Assembly: GCA_965372795.1 (NCBI GenBank)
Contig: CBDVDR010000008.1
Coordinates: 1 to 64,000, forward strand
DNA: 64,000 bases
Direction of reading: 5' to 3'
Source: an uncultured bacterium
Lineage (GTDB): Bacteria; Zixibacteria; MSB-5A5; GN15; FEB-12
Shown: one piece after another, positions 1 to 10,270 of the stretch
Layout of the letters: every line of letters begins with the position of its first letter
How positions within the stretch are numbered: position 1 is the stretch's first letter
Notes under the pieces: generated by a model
What the model was told of the DNA's origin: nothing
What the model saw: only the letters and a program-made list of their open reading frames with translations
Database searches by the model: none
Position numbers and translations under genes: made by a program

Positions 1-543
1 CAAACTATCAGGACGAACCACTGCCCATTCAATTAAATTATCGTGCTGTCCAATATCGGTTCTCAGATAGTCAGCAGCCATCTCGTTATCCACATGTGGA
101 GGTAACAACAGTCTAATAATTCCAATGACAATTTTTTGCCCAAGTGAAATCTGTTCTTGCAGATCTCGGTTACTGTTACCAGTTGTATTCATTAACACAA
201 ATTTGGTTGTTTTCTCGGACTTATTAGCTTTGATAGCCTGGCATAACCGTTTTGTCGCATCGGTTACAAGTTTGCGAGGTTGTCCGTAAAGACCCTTAAA
301 ATTCAAATTGTGTCCCAAGCAGGAAGCCACCGCATTACATCCTTTAACATGTTGCAACATCTCTTTATCACTGAGATCAAGAATGCTTGCTTCAGTTATG
401 GATATGTTTTCATGATTACAAAGATGTCCGGGCAATTTTTCGAGAATTCTCACAATCAATTTGACCTTTTGTCCACGATTGATTAACTGTTCTACCAACA
501 ATTGACCGGTCGCTCCGCTTGCTCCAACGACTAGGGTTGTCAT
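1..543 (-). CDS. NAD(P)H-binding oxidoreductase (SDR/flavin reductase-like); runs off the window edge
   Basis: Not in the ORF track. Hand translation from ATG 543 gives MTTLVVGASGATGQLLVEQLINRGQKVKLIVR (Rossmann GxxGxxG) and later ...EWAVVRPDSL at the window edge. AGGAG lies upstream. Confidence 0.85.
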   Translation of the reverse strand, partial: MTTLVVGASGATGQLLVEQLINRGQKVKLIVRILEKLPGHLCNHENISITEASILDLSDKEMLQHVKGCNAVASCLGHNLNFKGLYGQPRKLVTDATKRLCQAIKANKSEKTTKFVLMNTTGNSNRDLQEQISLGQKIVIGIIRLLLPPHVDNEMAADYLRTDIGQHDNLIEWAVVRPDSL

Positions 544-768
544 CTTCTTTTCTCCTCTATTAGTGCTAACCTGATAATAAAGTTAAGCTGCATAAATATT
601 GTCTAAAGATAATGTACACAATTTATCTTTTATAAAATACTATTTCCTATATCTGAAAATTCATATTATTTTTTAAATTTGGATTGAGAATCGAACCCTA
701 AACTCGAGTTGTGGTGCAACCTAGAATTCCATGAACATCTTTTATAGGTTTTCGAAATTTCTTAAAAT

Positions 769-796
769 AAAAAAGCCCCCTGTAAAAGGGGGCTTT
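769..796 (-). terminator. Rho-independent terminator
   Basis: Stem AAAGCCCCCT/AGGGGGCTTT with a U-tract on the minus strand just after the cupin stop. Confidence 0.75.
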
Positions 797-815
797 CCAT
801 ATTATATTATATCAG

Positions 816-1187
816 TTAAGCTTCAGAAGCTAACTTCTTACCAATATGATCGTATAATTCTTTTAATTTTTTCTGAGGGCTGAATTCAACGAAAGTAGTA
901 TCTTCATCCACCCAGACAGTATGTCCGGCAGGCCAATAAAACATCTCACCAGCTTTGCATACTTCAACTTCGCCATTAGTATAACGAACGGTAATTGCAC
1001 CTTTGAGCATGTAACCCCAATGTGGACATTGGCATTTGTCATCAGGCAGTCCCTCAAGCAGTGGAGTGGCATCCACACCCGCTTTTAATTCGACGTAGGC
1101 TACTCCCATATCATCCCAGTCAATAGCCCGAAATGTCGCAATAGGCAATTCCAAGGCAATCGGTAATTCTTCTTTTTTTAGTTTCAA
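816..1187 (-). CDS. Cupin-domain protein
   Basis: CQCPHWGYMLKG ... FYWPAGH cupin motifs. Confidence 0.8.
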   Translation of the reverse strand: MKLKKEELPIALELPIATFRAIDWDDMGVAYVELKAGVDATPLLEGLPDDKCQCPHWGYMLKGAITVRYTNGEVEVCKAGEMFYWPAGHTVWVDEDTTFVEFSPQKKLKELYDHIGKKLASEA

Positions 1188-1530
1188 GATTCATCCCTTC
1201 AAAGTTGATTGCTTGGATTGTAAATACAACCAGCAACAGTTTTAGATTGTTATAACTCATCGTTAATGAGTAATTATAACTCCGTATTAGATATCTTAAT
1301 CAATAGCTTTCCACGGAGAGTTACCTGGTTTAAGGACTTTATTTATCTATTATGTATATATTATTTTCAGAAAAGTCAAGTAACAATAATTAGAGTGCTT
1401 TTTTAAAATAGTTTCTGGTGTTGACGCAAAGCTCATAATTAAGTAATTTATTTTTAAATAAAAAATGATGATTACCATACAAGAGTAATCTCAAATTTAC
1501 TTAATTGTTTTAAACTTCATAGAGGAAAAT

Positions 1531-2631
1531 ATGATCTGTGGCAATAGAAATTTCCAAAAAATAATAAGAATTTCACTCATTCTTATAGTTTTGTTAGTGT
1601 TCTCAAATGGAATCCAATCTCAGTTGGAGGCAACCGAAAATAAAATCGTTCTGGAACCGGTTGCCTTTTCCGACATTCAATGGACGGGCTTGGCAATAGC
1701 AAATAATGGCCGGTTATTTGTTAATTATCCACGCTGGTCAAATAATCTACCTTTTTCTGTTGCAGAACTCATTGATGGTAAGCCAGTCCCCTACCCTAAC
1801 CAAATAATGAATAGTTGGGAACCGGGTAAAGATCCTTCTACGCATTTAGTCTGTGTACAAGCCTTGTATATAGATAATAAAAATATGTTGTGGATTTTGG
1901 ATCCTGCTAACCCAATGTTCAAAGGCACCATTCCGAACGGACCCAAGTTGCTCCAAGTAGACCTTGTCACCAATACAGTAATCAAGACATATCCTCTTGG
2001 TTCTGAGATTGCACCTGAAATAAGTTATCTTAATGATGTCCGGATTGATACTAATAATGATTTCGCTTATATTACGGATTCAAAAGATGGTGCGTTAATT
2101 GTACTCAACCTAAAAACAGGCGAAGCTCGCAGGCGACTGGACAATCATCCCTCGACTGCATCAGAGAATGTGATTTTAACTGTTGGAGGAGAACCATGGA
2201 TGCGCAATGGTGAAAAAATCAGGGTTCATTCTGACGGAATTGCATTTGACCCGATTGGTGACTTTGTCTATTATCAAGTCCTGACAGGGCGTACAATGTA
2301 TCGAATCAAGGCTTCATTACTTCGACAGTTTAATCTTCCAGAAAGTGAAATTGAAAAAATGGTTGAAAAAGTCGGTCAAACCGGAGCTGCTGACGGACTC
2401 ATTTTCGGTCCTGATGGAAAAATCTATATCTCTGCTTTAGAGCATGATGCAATTTTCCGCACTACTCCTCAAGGTAATGTTGAAACAGTCATCAAAGATA
2501 AAGACATAGTATGGCCAGATTCTTTCAGCTTTGGCAAGGATAACAAACTTTATTTTACAACTTCACGAATTCATGAAGGTGGAGAACCAAAAGGACCGTT
2601 TGGAATATACCGTATCAAATTACCTAAATAA
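1531..2631 (+). CDS. Secreted major royal jelly protein / SMP-30-like beta-propeller (L-dopachrome tautomerase-related)
   Basis: Signal peptide; RLFVNYPRW, YLNDVRID, AYITDS, ADG and WPD motifs. Confidence 0.85.
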   Translation: MICGNRNFQKIIRISLILIVLLVFSNGIQSQLEATENKIVLEPVAFSDIQWTGLAIANNGRLFVNYPRWSNNLPFSVAELIDGKPVPYPNQIMNSWEPGKDPSTHLVCVQALYIDNKNMLWILDPANPMFKGTIPNGPKLLQVDLVTNTVIKTYPLGSEIAPEISYLNDVRIDTNNDFAYITDSKDGALIVLNLKTGEARRRLDNHPSTASENVILTVGGEPWMRNGEKIRVHSDGIAFDPIGDFVYYQVLTGRTMYRIKASLLRQFNLPESEIEKMVEKVGQTGAADGLIFGPDGKIYISALEHDAIFRTTPQGNVETVIKDKDIVWPDSFSFGKDNKLYFTTSRIHEGGEPKGPFGIYRIKLPK

Positions 2632-2778
2632 AATAATACACCATCAGGAATTTGCAGGATGCACCTTTTCGAACTCTAGATCAACTGATTAAGAGAAACT
2701 ATACAAAGGCAGGGAGTTAGGTAAATTATCCTAATAACGCCACTCTATAACTTATTGATTTGTTATTACTTTTACAAA

Positions 2779-2919
2779 TAAGGTAGGAAATCACAAGCAA
2801 AGCTTATTTTATCTTATTGGGAGACAACCAAATACACGATATCGTTAAGAATGCCAACGATTTCCAGCTTTTATTTGGTTTTGTTTGGATTGGTCTATTC
2901 TGATCCTAATGTGGCACAA
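2779..2919 (-). repeat. Cassette junction repeat, long type A copy 1
   Basis: Eroded tmRNA-3' core, then CAAGCAAAGCTT...ATATCGTTAAGAATGCCAACGATTTCCAGCTTTTATTTGG...GTGGCACAA. Confidence 0.85.
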
Positions 2920-3104
2920 AAATTTACGCCCTACGAGATCGCTTTGATAGTGCTGGATCGTTCCGAGTATCTGGAAATATTGGGCTAAAGAATCCTCATA
3001 TTGCCATCCTGAATACTATCGTGAATTTTTAATTGACAGAAGCAACTTTTGCATATTCTTTGCATAAAATGAGCGTGTTATCATTAATCTATTATTCTAT
3101 TATT

Positions 3105-4046
3105 ATGAACATGAAGAAACTAATGAAAGTTCTATCAGTCACAACAATCTTGCTCTGCATCTTCTTTGAGACGACCTATGCCCTAAGCCCCGAGAAGGAG
3201 CATCGGGCAGTGCCTTCTGACTACAGCATAATCTACCGGGCAGTGGAAATAGGAACCTCCGATTCTATCACGATCAGGGGTTGGTTCTTTCCGGCGCAGG
3301 ATACCATCGGAATAATCAACGCGCTTGTCGGAAGCATGCCCATCCCACCGTCGTACAAAGGCACGGTGCGACCCTATCGGACTATCGATACAAACAAAAG
3401 AGCTACGATAATCATTTGCAACGGTGATTCAGGTAATATGGCCTACCAGATTCTCTACGCATACAACCTATTTACCAGGGGATTCAACGTTCTACTGTTC
3501 GATTGGCGCGGATTTGGACAGAGCGATGAGTGGCCTATGAATCCTGATCAGCTCTGTCTTACTGAGTTTCTTATAGATTATCGAGCTGCTCTGGATTACG
3601 TGAGGGAGCAGCCGGAAGTAGACAGTACACGAATCGGTGTATTCGGATTTTCCACAGGCGCCTATTTGTCCTTCGCGATTGCAGTCGAGTCGGATGACAT
3701 AGCCGCGTATGCCGGACGGGCTTTGATGACATCGTTTGATGAGGTAGCACCTATTCTTAGAGCACTTGCCCCGGATCGACCGCTACTACTACCGCAGAAT
3801 TATCCGGAAGAACTGCAACCCATAATCGCGGCGGCACGCATGACCAAGCCTGTTTTCTTGGTGGTTGGAGAGAATGATGATCGAACGCCTCCTGCGATGT
3901 CTCGACTTGTTTTTTCAAAGCTACAAGCACCCAAAGAATTGTGGGTTGTCGAAAATGCCGGTCATGGTGGTAGTAAAGCTCCGGAATTTGTTGACTACCC
4001 TTTATTCTTCCAACGACTGGCCGAGTTCTTCTCTGAACATCTGTAG
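3105..4046 (+). CDS. Secreted alpha/beta hydrolase
   Basis: FDWRGFGQS, nucleophile GFSTG, Asp (ENDDRT) and His (GHG). A start at 3105/3111 gives a signal peptide. Confidence 0.85.
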   Translation: MNMKKLMKVLSVTTILLCIFFETTYALSPEKEHRAVPSDYSIIYRAVEIGTSDSITIRGWFFPAQDTIGIINALVGSMPIPPSYKGTVRPYRTIDTNKRATIIICNGDSGNMAYQILYAYNLFTRGFNVLLFDWRGFGQSDEWPMNPDQLCLTEFLIDYRAALDYVREQPEVDSTRIGVFGFSTGAYLSFAIAVESDDIAAYAGRALMTSFDEVAPILRALAPDRPLLLPQNYPEELQPIIAAARMTKPVFLVVGENDDRTPPAMSRLVFSKLQAPKELWVVENAGHGGSKAPEFVDYPLFFQRLAEFFSEHL

Positions 4047-4113
4047 CTAATTTGACTTTCTGCAAGAAATAGATCAATCAGATTGACTCTGAATGACTAT
4101 GTGTAGAAATCAA

Positions 4114-4276
4114 TAGAGGGGGAATCACAAGCAAAGCTTGTTTTATCTTATTGGGAAACAACCAAATACACGATATCATTAAGAATGCCAACGATTTCCA
4201 GCTTTTGTTTGATTTTGTTTGGTTCTAATAATTCAGGTTACTTTACACCCAGGATGGCACAAATATGGCACAAGCT
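4114..4276 (-). repeat. Cassette junction repeat, long type A copy 2
   Basis: AGAGGGGGAATCACAAGCAAAGCTTG...TGGCACAAATATGGCACAAG. Confidence 0.9.
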
Positions 4277-4491
4277 CTATACCGTACCGTAGATCAATGT
4301 TAGGGTAGCAGGCGATTAGTTAGGTGGCGTTGGCAGTATTCAGTCAATAATAATTAGCATTGGAAAAGACCGTCCTAAGGCTCATCAAGATATTAACTGT
4401 TTACATTTTTCTGACGACAGTACATATTAACTCCCTATTGTGGGAGTGTTGGTCGCGGAACTATTTAAGGGATTATATGTTAAATTAGAAT

Positions 4492-4806
4492 ATGGTAAAT
4501 TTTGCTAACAAATCATTATTATTGCGTTTTGTAACAGCCTTGGCAATTATTCTTCTATTCGGAGTTCTGTTATTACCTACTGTAGCCGAAACTATGCAAA
4601 CTGACTGTGATGATGATTGTGATGATCACTGTGAATCAGTTTGTGGTTGTATTGGTTGTCCACCTGTAATATTATCTTATGAAATTTCGCCGCCAGAGCA
4701 TGTCCCAGCTATGAACATTCAAGGTTACTCAATAATCTCTTCCTCAGTAGGCATTGAGTACGAATGTCTTGATCGAGTAGATCGACCACCACAGACACTC
4801 ATCTAA
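4492..4806 (+). CDS. Small Cys/Asp-rich protein upstream of a metal efflux operon (CzcI-like position)
   Basis: Hydrophobic N-terminus, CDDDCDDHCESVCGCIGC, C-terminal DRPP motif. Confidence 0.6.
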   Translation: MVNFANKSLLLRFVTALAIILLFGVLLLPTVAETMQTDCDDDCDDHCESVCGCIGCPPVILSYEISPPEHVPAMNIQGYSIISSSVGIEYECLDRVDRPPQTLI

Positions 4807-4953
4807 ATATTTTTCAAATGCGACTGACCTTTCAACTCTGGTCGCACAAAACCATTATAATATTATGGGCTCGTTTGTGAGTCCAAAATTCTACTTGGTA
4901 CTTATGGTCGCTTATAAGCACCTTGAGTTTCAAAATATAGAGGAGTAATTTGT

Positions 4954-6630
4954 ATGAAGACACGTTTGTGGATTACCATTGTAGTTATTGTGATAGCAGG
5001 GGTTTCACTAACATCAATGGTCCTGTTAAATAATACAGAAGCAGATAAAGAGGATACTACCACCGAGAACCTAAGTTTACAGGTTTCCGGTAATATTGAT
5101 GTATTAGACTGGTGTGCTGAACATGCTGTGCCCGAATCAGAGTGTACACAATGCAATCCCTCACTCATAGATCATTATAAAACATCAAACGACTGGTGCG
5201 TCGGACATGATCTACCAGAATCGCATTGTCGTCTATGTAACCCGGAGATTAAATTCCTACAGGAATTTAGTATTGCTAATACAGAGACAGAACTTGATTG
5301 GTGCACTGAACACTCAGTGCCCGAATCAGAGTGTACTCAATGCAATCCTACTCTCATAGATCAATATAGGGCATCAAACGACTGGTGCGTCGGACATGAT
5401 CTTCCAGAATCGCATTGTCGTCTCTGTAACCCGGAGATTGAATTCCCACAGGAAGAAATACTGAAAATCCGCCATTTGGAATCTACCGGTAACAGCATAA
5501 AGGTTTCACTCTTCTTTCGTGACAATGCTGAAGTATGCGCAACCAACGACGCTCTTATACAATTTGCGTCGTCAAAGACTGCTGACAGATCAGGCATCAC
5601 CGTCCGTCGGACGTTTGCGGCTCCTTACGAAATCGAACTTGAAGCACCTGCTGAAATCCTGTTCGACGAGAATAGCACTACGGTGATAACTTCTTCTGTG
5701 AAAGTACTTGTTTCTCGATGGCTCATCTCACCAGGTGATGTAATCATGAAAGGAGAGCCAATTGCGATTTTGCAATCGTCGGAAATGGCAGAATTACAAG
5801 CACGGTTGATGTCAGCTGCTGCAGAGTTTACAGTTCAAGAGAAAGAGCTGGAAAGAGACGAAGCACTGGTATCGAAAAACCTCATTACCAAAAGCGACTA
5901 TGAACGCAGAATAGCTCTTAACAAAAAAGCGCAAGCAGAATTGACGAGTATAAGCGGCTTACTGTTGTCAAGTGGCATTAGTAAAACTGATATAGATGAA
6001 CTGCTTGTTAAGGGGATCGTTACGAATGAGTTTGTCTTACGAGCACCCAGCGCCGGTGTCATCGCTAAACGAATAGCCCAAGTAGGTGAGCTGCTTGAAG
6101 ACGGACAGGCATTAGCTATACTAACTGATCCCACTTCATTGTGGATAGAAGCACAATTGACAGAAGATCAAATCAAAAATGTTTATGTCGGGCAGGACCT
6201 GCTCTTTGCATCCGATGATGGTGCTCTAAATCGGGTCAAGGGAACCGTAATATGGGTATCCCCTTATCTTGACCCCCATACTCGAACAGGAATAGTACGA
6301 GCTCGGGTTGCCAATCAAGCTCATAATCTCCGAGCAGGGGAATTTGGACAAGTCACTATCATAAATACCCATGATTCTCAGGCTATATTGGTGCCTAAGG
6401 ACGCAGTTCAATGGGAAGGTTGTTGCAATGTAGTCTTTGTTAGAGAATCTCCCGACCGTTTCCGTCCTCGTAAAGTAGAACTTGCCGATGGACCCAGTTC
6501 ATATTACCAGGTGACCAATGGGTTATTGCAAGGGGAAGAAATTGTAGTTGATGGTTCCTTCCTGTTGAAGACTGAACTCAAAAAGACAAGTATCGGCGCT
6601 GGTTGCTGTGATGTCGGACCTGTGGGTTGA
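4954..6630 (+). CDS. Heavy-metal RND efflux periplasmic adaptor (CzcB/CusB-like) with four N-terminal Cys/His repeats
   Basis: MFP features (RAPSAGVI, LDPHTRT, VPKDAV); 4x WCxxHxxPESxCxxCNP. Confidence 0.9.
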   Translation: MKTRLWITIVVIVIAGVSLTSMVLLNNTEADKEDTTTENLSLQVSGNIDVLDWCAEHAVPESECTQCNPSLIDHYKTSNDWCVGHDLPESHCRLCNPEIKFLQEFSIANTETELDWCTEHSVPESECTQCNPTLIDQYRASNDWCVGHDLPESHCRLCNPEIEFPQEEILKIRHLESTGNSIKVSLFFRDNAEVCATNDALIQFASSKTADRSGITVRRTFAAPYEIELEAPAEILFDENSTTVITSSVKVLVSRWLISPGDVIMKGEPIAILQSSEMAELQARLMSAAAEFTVQEKELERDEALVSKNLITKSDYERRIALNKKAQAELTSISGLLLSSGISKTDIDELLVKGIVTNEFVLRAPSAGVIAKRIAQVGELLEDGQALAILTDPTSLWIEAQLTEDQIKNVYVGQDLLFASDDGALNRVKGTVIWVSPYLDPHTRTGIVRARVANQAHNLRAGEFGQVTIINTHDSQAILVPKDAVQWEGCCNVVFVRESPDRFRPRKVELADGPSSYYQVTNGLLQGEEIVVDGSFLLKTELKKTSIGAGCCDVGPVG

Positions 6631-6638
6631 GGTGATAT

Positions 6639-9600
6639 ATGCTAAAACATCTAGTTGAATTTACACTGAAATACAGATTAGTTGTACTAACATTAGGTGG
6701 TGTCTTTTGCATATTTGGGTTCGTAGCCCTTTGGAATCTACCTTTCGATGCATTTCCTGATACTACGCCAACTCTTGTACAAGTAAACGTATCTGCTCCG
6801 GGATGGGCTCCTGAAGAACTCGAAAAACTTGTGACCTTTCCTATTGAGCAATCCTTAACCGGACTCACCGGACTTAGTGAAGTTCGATCTGTTACGAAAT
6901 ATGGACTTTGTCAGGTAACTACTATATTTGAGGATGGCACAGATTTATATTTAGCTCGACAACAAGTAAGTGAACGACTATTAACGGCAGAGCTACCTGA
7001 TGGTGTCGGTGTGCCACAATTGGGACCAGTGTCAACCGGACTTGGTGAGATATTTCATTATATTGTCTTAGGTCCCTCCGGTGATCCAACTGGACCACGC
7101 ACGGCTCAGGATTGGCTAATTAAACCACAGCTACAAGCTGTTTCTGGTGTAGCAGAAGTCAACAGTTGGGGTGGATTTAAAAAACAATATCTTATTTTGT
7201 TCGATCCCGCGAAGATGGCACGATACGGGCTCACAGTCAATGAAGTAATTACGTCAATTAAGGATGATCTGGGTAACGTTCCCGGTGGTCAGGTTGTTCG
7301 AGGCGGTGAAATGACCCTGGTTCGGGGCATTGGTATTGTCGAATCCATTGAAGAGATTGAGAATATTGTCATTGATAGTCGCGAAGGTGTACCAATACTT
7401 GTACATAACATAGCTGATGTTGTTATTGGTCATGAGTTGCGACGGGGAGCAACTACTTACGACGGACAGGGAGAGGTAGTCCTCGGTTTAGGTTTCATGA
7501 TCACAGGTGAGAATCCACCTGAGGTAACCAAGCGGCTAGCCGAACGGCTTGCCGAAGCCACAAGTGCACTGCCTGACAGTATCCAGGCAATAACTGTCTA
7601 TGAGCGGACTGACCTTGTCAACAAAGTTCTTTCAACTGTCAAACACAACCTTTTCTACGGTGCTCTTTTGGTAATCGCCGTTCTGTTTGCATTCTTGGGT
7701 AATCTTAGAGCCGGATTGATTGTTGCATCTGTAATTCCGTTATCGATGCTCTTTGCCTTTGATATGATGTCAAGGGTGGGCATTGTTGGAAGCCTTATGA
7801 GTCTTGGAGCTATTGACTTTGGATTGGCTGTCGATAATGCCGTCATTCAGGTGGAGAATTCAGTCCGAAGACTAGCTCAAGCAGACCAATCTGCCAATCG
7901 TTTGCACGTTATTCGTGACGCCATTCTGGAAGTTAGAAAACCGACGCTGTTTGGTGAATTGATACTCATTATAGTTTATCTGCCAATTCTTACGCTTGAA
8001 GGTGTAGAAGGCAAACTCTTTCAGCCTATGGCTCTGACTGTTGTGTTTGTTCTCACCGGATCTCTCCTACTCTCGTTCACCGTTATCCCTGCATTGATTG
8101 GCACTTTTCTGACCAAGAACATTCGAGAACGAGAGCCGGTTTTTGTGAGTTGGTTACGTCGCCTTTATGAACCTGTTCTGGATTGGGCTTTACGTTTTCG
8201 AAAGGTTGTTATAGTTGGTGCCCTACTGATGATTGTGGGTGGAGCAATGCTCTCCAGTCGTCTTGGGTCTGAATTTGTACCGAGATTAAGCGAGGGAACG
8301 ATAGTTATCAATATTATACGGCTGGCCGGTATCTCTCTTGATCAAACGGTCGAGTATAATACTCAAATTGAACGAAATCTACTCAATGCATTTCAGGATG
8401 AGATTGAACATGTTTGGACACGCTCTGGCACAGCCGAGTTGTCTACAGATCCGATGGGTTTGGAATTGTCTGATATGTTTATTTCGTTGACGCCAAGAGA
8501 TCAGTGGACAAAAGCGAGCAGCCAACAGGAATTGGTAGCTGCCATAGATGCTGAATTAGCCGATCTTCCCGGACAGAATCGAATATTCACACAGCCCATC
8601 GAAATGCGAGTCAACGAAATGATTGCCGGCATTCGATCGGATATTGGAATCAAGTTATTTGGCGATGATCTGTCAGTCCTGGTGAATCAAGGGGAGCTGA
8701 TTGCGACGGTAGTCAAGCAAATACCAGGAGCTGCAGATGTATCTGTGGAGCAAATGACAGGACAACCACAGCTTCAGCTTAAAATAGATCGGCAAAGATT
8801 GGCTCGCTACGGTCTATCGGCGCGTGACGTTCTCGTTGCCATTGAGAGTATCGGGGGGCTTTCGGTAGGCGATGTCTTTGAAGGACAACGCCGATTTGAG
8901 TTAGTTGTGCGAGTTGATACTACACGCATCAAAGGTCCTGAAGATATTAGTCAAGTGTTACTGGCATCGAGCTCAGGCAGCTTGATAAGTCTTGATCAAG
9001 TGACAACTGCAACACTAAGTGAAGGTCCCACTACAATTACAAGGGAATGGAGTAAGCGTCGAATCGTAGTACAGTGTAATGTGCGAGATCGTGATATGGG
9101 ATCGTTTGTGGATGAACTCCGTGATCGCCTTGATTCTGAAATATCTCTGCCAACTGGGTATTTCATCAGACTCGGAGGACAGTTTGAAAACCTCGAACGC
9201 GCTCGAACTAAACTTGCAATCGTCGTGCCTATTGCTTTGCTGTTGATTTTTGGACTCCTATATTGGACTTATAAGTCAACAAGAGATGCCTTGCTGATTT
9301 TTTCCGGAGTGCCACTTGCCGCCATTGGAGGGGTCGTAGCACTTACCCTTCGAGGCATGCCTTTTTCGATATCTGCGGGGGTTGGTTTTATAGCTCTCTC
9401 TGGAATCGCTGTGCTCAATGGTCTTGTACTTGTTTCATCGATCAAACAGCTCCTGTCTGAAAGTAAGGATATTATTGCAGCAGTTAAGCAAAGCGCATTG
9501 ACCCGGCTCCGGCCTGTACTCATGACTGCCTTAGTCGCCGCGTTTGGTTTTATTCCAATGGCTATCTCTACCGGTGTAGGGGCAGAGGTGCAACGTCCTT

Positions 9601-9707
9601 TAGCAACAGTTGTGGTTGGAGGGATTCTTACCTCAACCGTGCTTACGCTGATCGTATTACCTGTGCTTTACATGATCTTTGGAAAAAGAACGGAATCAGA
9701 AACGTAG
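6639..9707 (+). CDS. CusA/CzcA family heavy-metal RND permease
   Basis: 1022 aa; DAFPD, GLGEI, GAIDFGLAVDNA and RLRPVLMTALVA...QRPLATVVVGG motifs. Confidence 0.95.
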   Translation: MLKHLVEFTLKYRLVVLTLGGVFCIFGFVALWNLPFDAFPDTTPTLVQVNVSAPGWAPEELEKLVTFPIEQSLTGLTGLSEVRSVTKYGLCQVTTIFEDGTDLYLARQQVSERLLTAELPDGVGVPQLGPVSTGLGEIFHYIVLGPSGDPTGPRTAQDWLIKPQLQAVSGVAEVNSWGGFKKQYLILFDPAKMARYGLTVNEVITSIKDDLGNVPGGQVVRGGEMTLVRGIGIVESIEEIENIVIDSREGVPILVHNIADVVIGHELRRGATTYDGQGEVVLGLGFMITGENPPEVTKRLAERLAEATSALPDSIQAITVYERTDLVNKVLSTVKHNLFYGALLVIAVLFAFLGNLRAGLIVASVIPLSMLFAFDMMSRVGIVGSLMSLGAIDFGLAVDNAVIQVENSVRRLAQADQSANRLHVIRDAILEVRKPTLFGELILIIVYLPILTLEGVEGKLFQPMALTVVFVLTGSLLLSFTVIPALIGTFLTKNIREREPVFVSWLRRLYEPVLDWALRFRKVVIVGALLMIVGGAMLSSRLGSEFVPRLSEGTIVINIIRLAGISLDQTVEYNTQIERNLLNAFQDEIEHVWTRSGTAELSTDPMGLELSDMFISLTPRDQWTKASSQQELVAAIDAELADLPGQNRIFTQPIEMRVNEMIAGIRSDIGIKLFGDDLSVLVNQGELIATVVKQIPGAADVSVEQMTGQPQLQLKIDRQRLARYGLSARDVLVAIESIGGLSVGDVFEGQRRFELVVRVDTTRIKGPEDISQVLLASSSGSLISLDQVTTATLSEGPTTITREWSKRRIVVQCNVRDRDMGSFVDELRDRLDSEISLPTGYFIRLGGQFENLERARTKLAIVVPIALLLIFGLLYWTYKSTRDALLIFSGVPLAAIGGVVALTLRGMPFSISAGVGFIALSGIAVLNGLVLVSSIKQLLSESKDIIAAVKQSALTRLRPVLMTALVAAFGFIPMAISTGVGAEVQRPLATVVVGGILTSTVLTLIVLPVLYMIFGKRTESET

Positions 9708-9870
9708 GTGATGGAGTTCGAAGTCTGTTGACTCCGGATTCTATGTAAACTGCGGATTTATCAATGATCACGGTGACACCTCTCTTGCTAAGATATTATA
9801 CCAATGGAGGTGTTTCCACCTAATCTGAGTAGCCACGTAACTGTTGTATAATAACAATTTGGTGATCAAA

Positions 9871-10024
9871 TGGAGGGGGAAATCGCAAGCGAAGCTTGTT
9901 TTATCTAATTAAAAGACAATCAAGTACACGATATCGTTAAGAATGCCAACCATTTCCAGCTTTTATTTGGTTTTGGAAAATCAGTCTGTTTTACATCCAA
10001 GATGGCACAAATATGGCACAAGCT
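9871..10024 (-). repeat. Cassette junction repeat, long type A copy 3
   Basis: TGGAGGGGGAAATCGCAAGCGAAGCTTG...TGGCACAAATATGGCACAAG. Confidence 0.9.
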
Positions 10025-10270
10025 TCTACATCAAGTGATCAAATATCTTTGTCTGTCACCATTCCATATTCTGTAATACTATGCGAAGTTGCCCTGCCGT
10101 CTCAAGCTACTTTGTAGCTTGTGAATGCCTTCAACCAATCACAATTGGATTATTCTTTTGATTAAAAAAGAATAATGCGAGTAATTGTAGCTACCCCTCC
10201 AATTGGGGTGTATCATAACATTGAATATACACAATTGCTAACAAGTATCAAAAAGTGAAGCCAGAATAGA

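Noticed and set aside
280..486. 68-aa plus-strand ORF and the many other short antisense or nested ORFs in the track
   Set aside because: They are shadows of longer, motif-bearing genes on the other strand or frame.
4255..4272. TGGCACAAATATGGCA as a sigma54 promoter (GG-N10-GC spacing)
   Set aside because: The -12 element reads TGGC rather than TTGC, the pattern follows from the 11-bp direct repeat, and it often points against the adjacent cargo gene. Not fully excluded.
6628..6645. TGA after GCCDVGPVG as selenocysteine
   Set aside because: The TGA overlaps the RBS (GAGGTG) of the next gene and no SECIS-like hairpin is evident.
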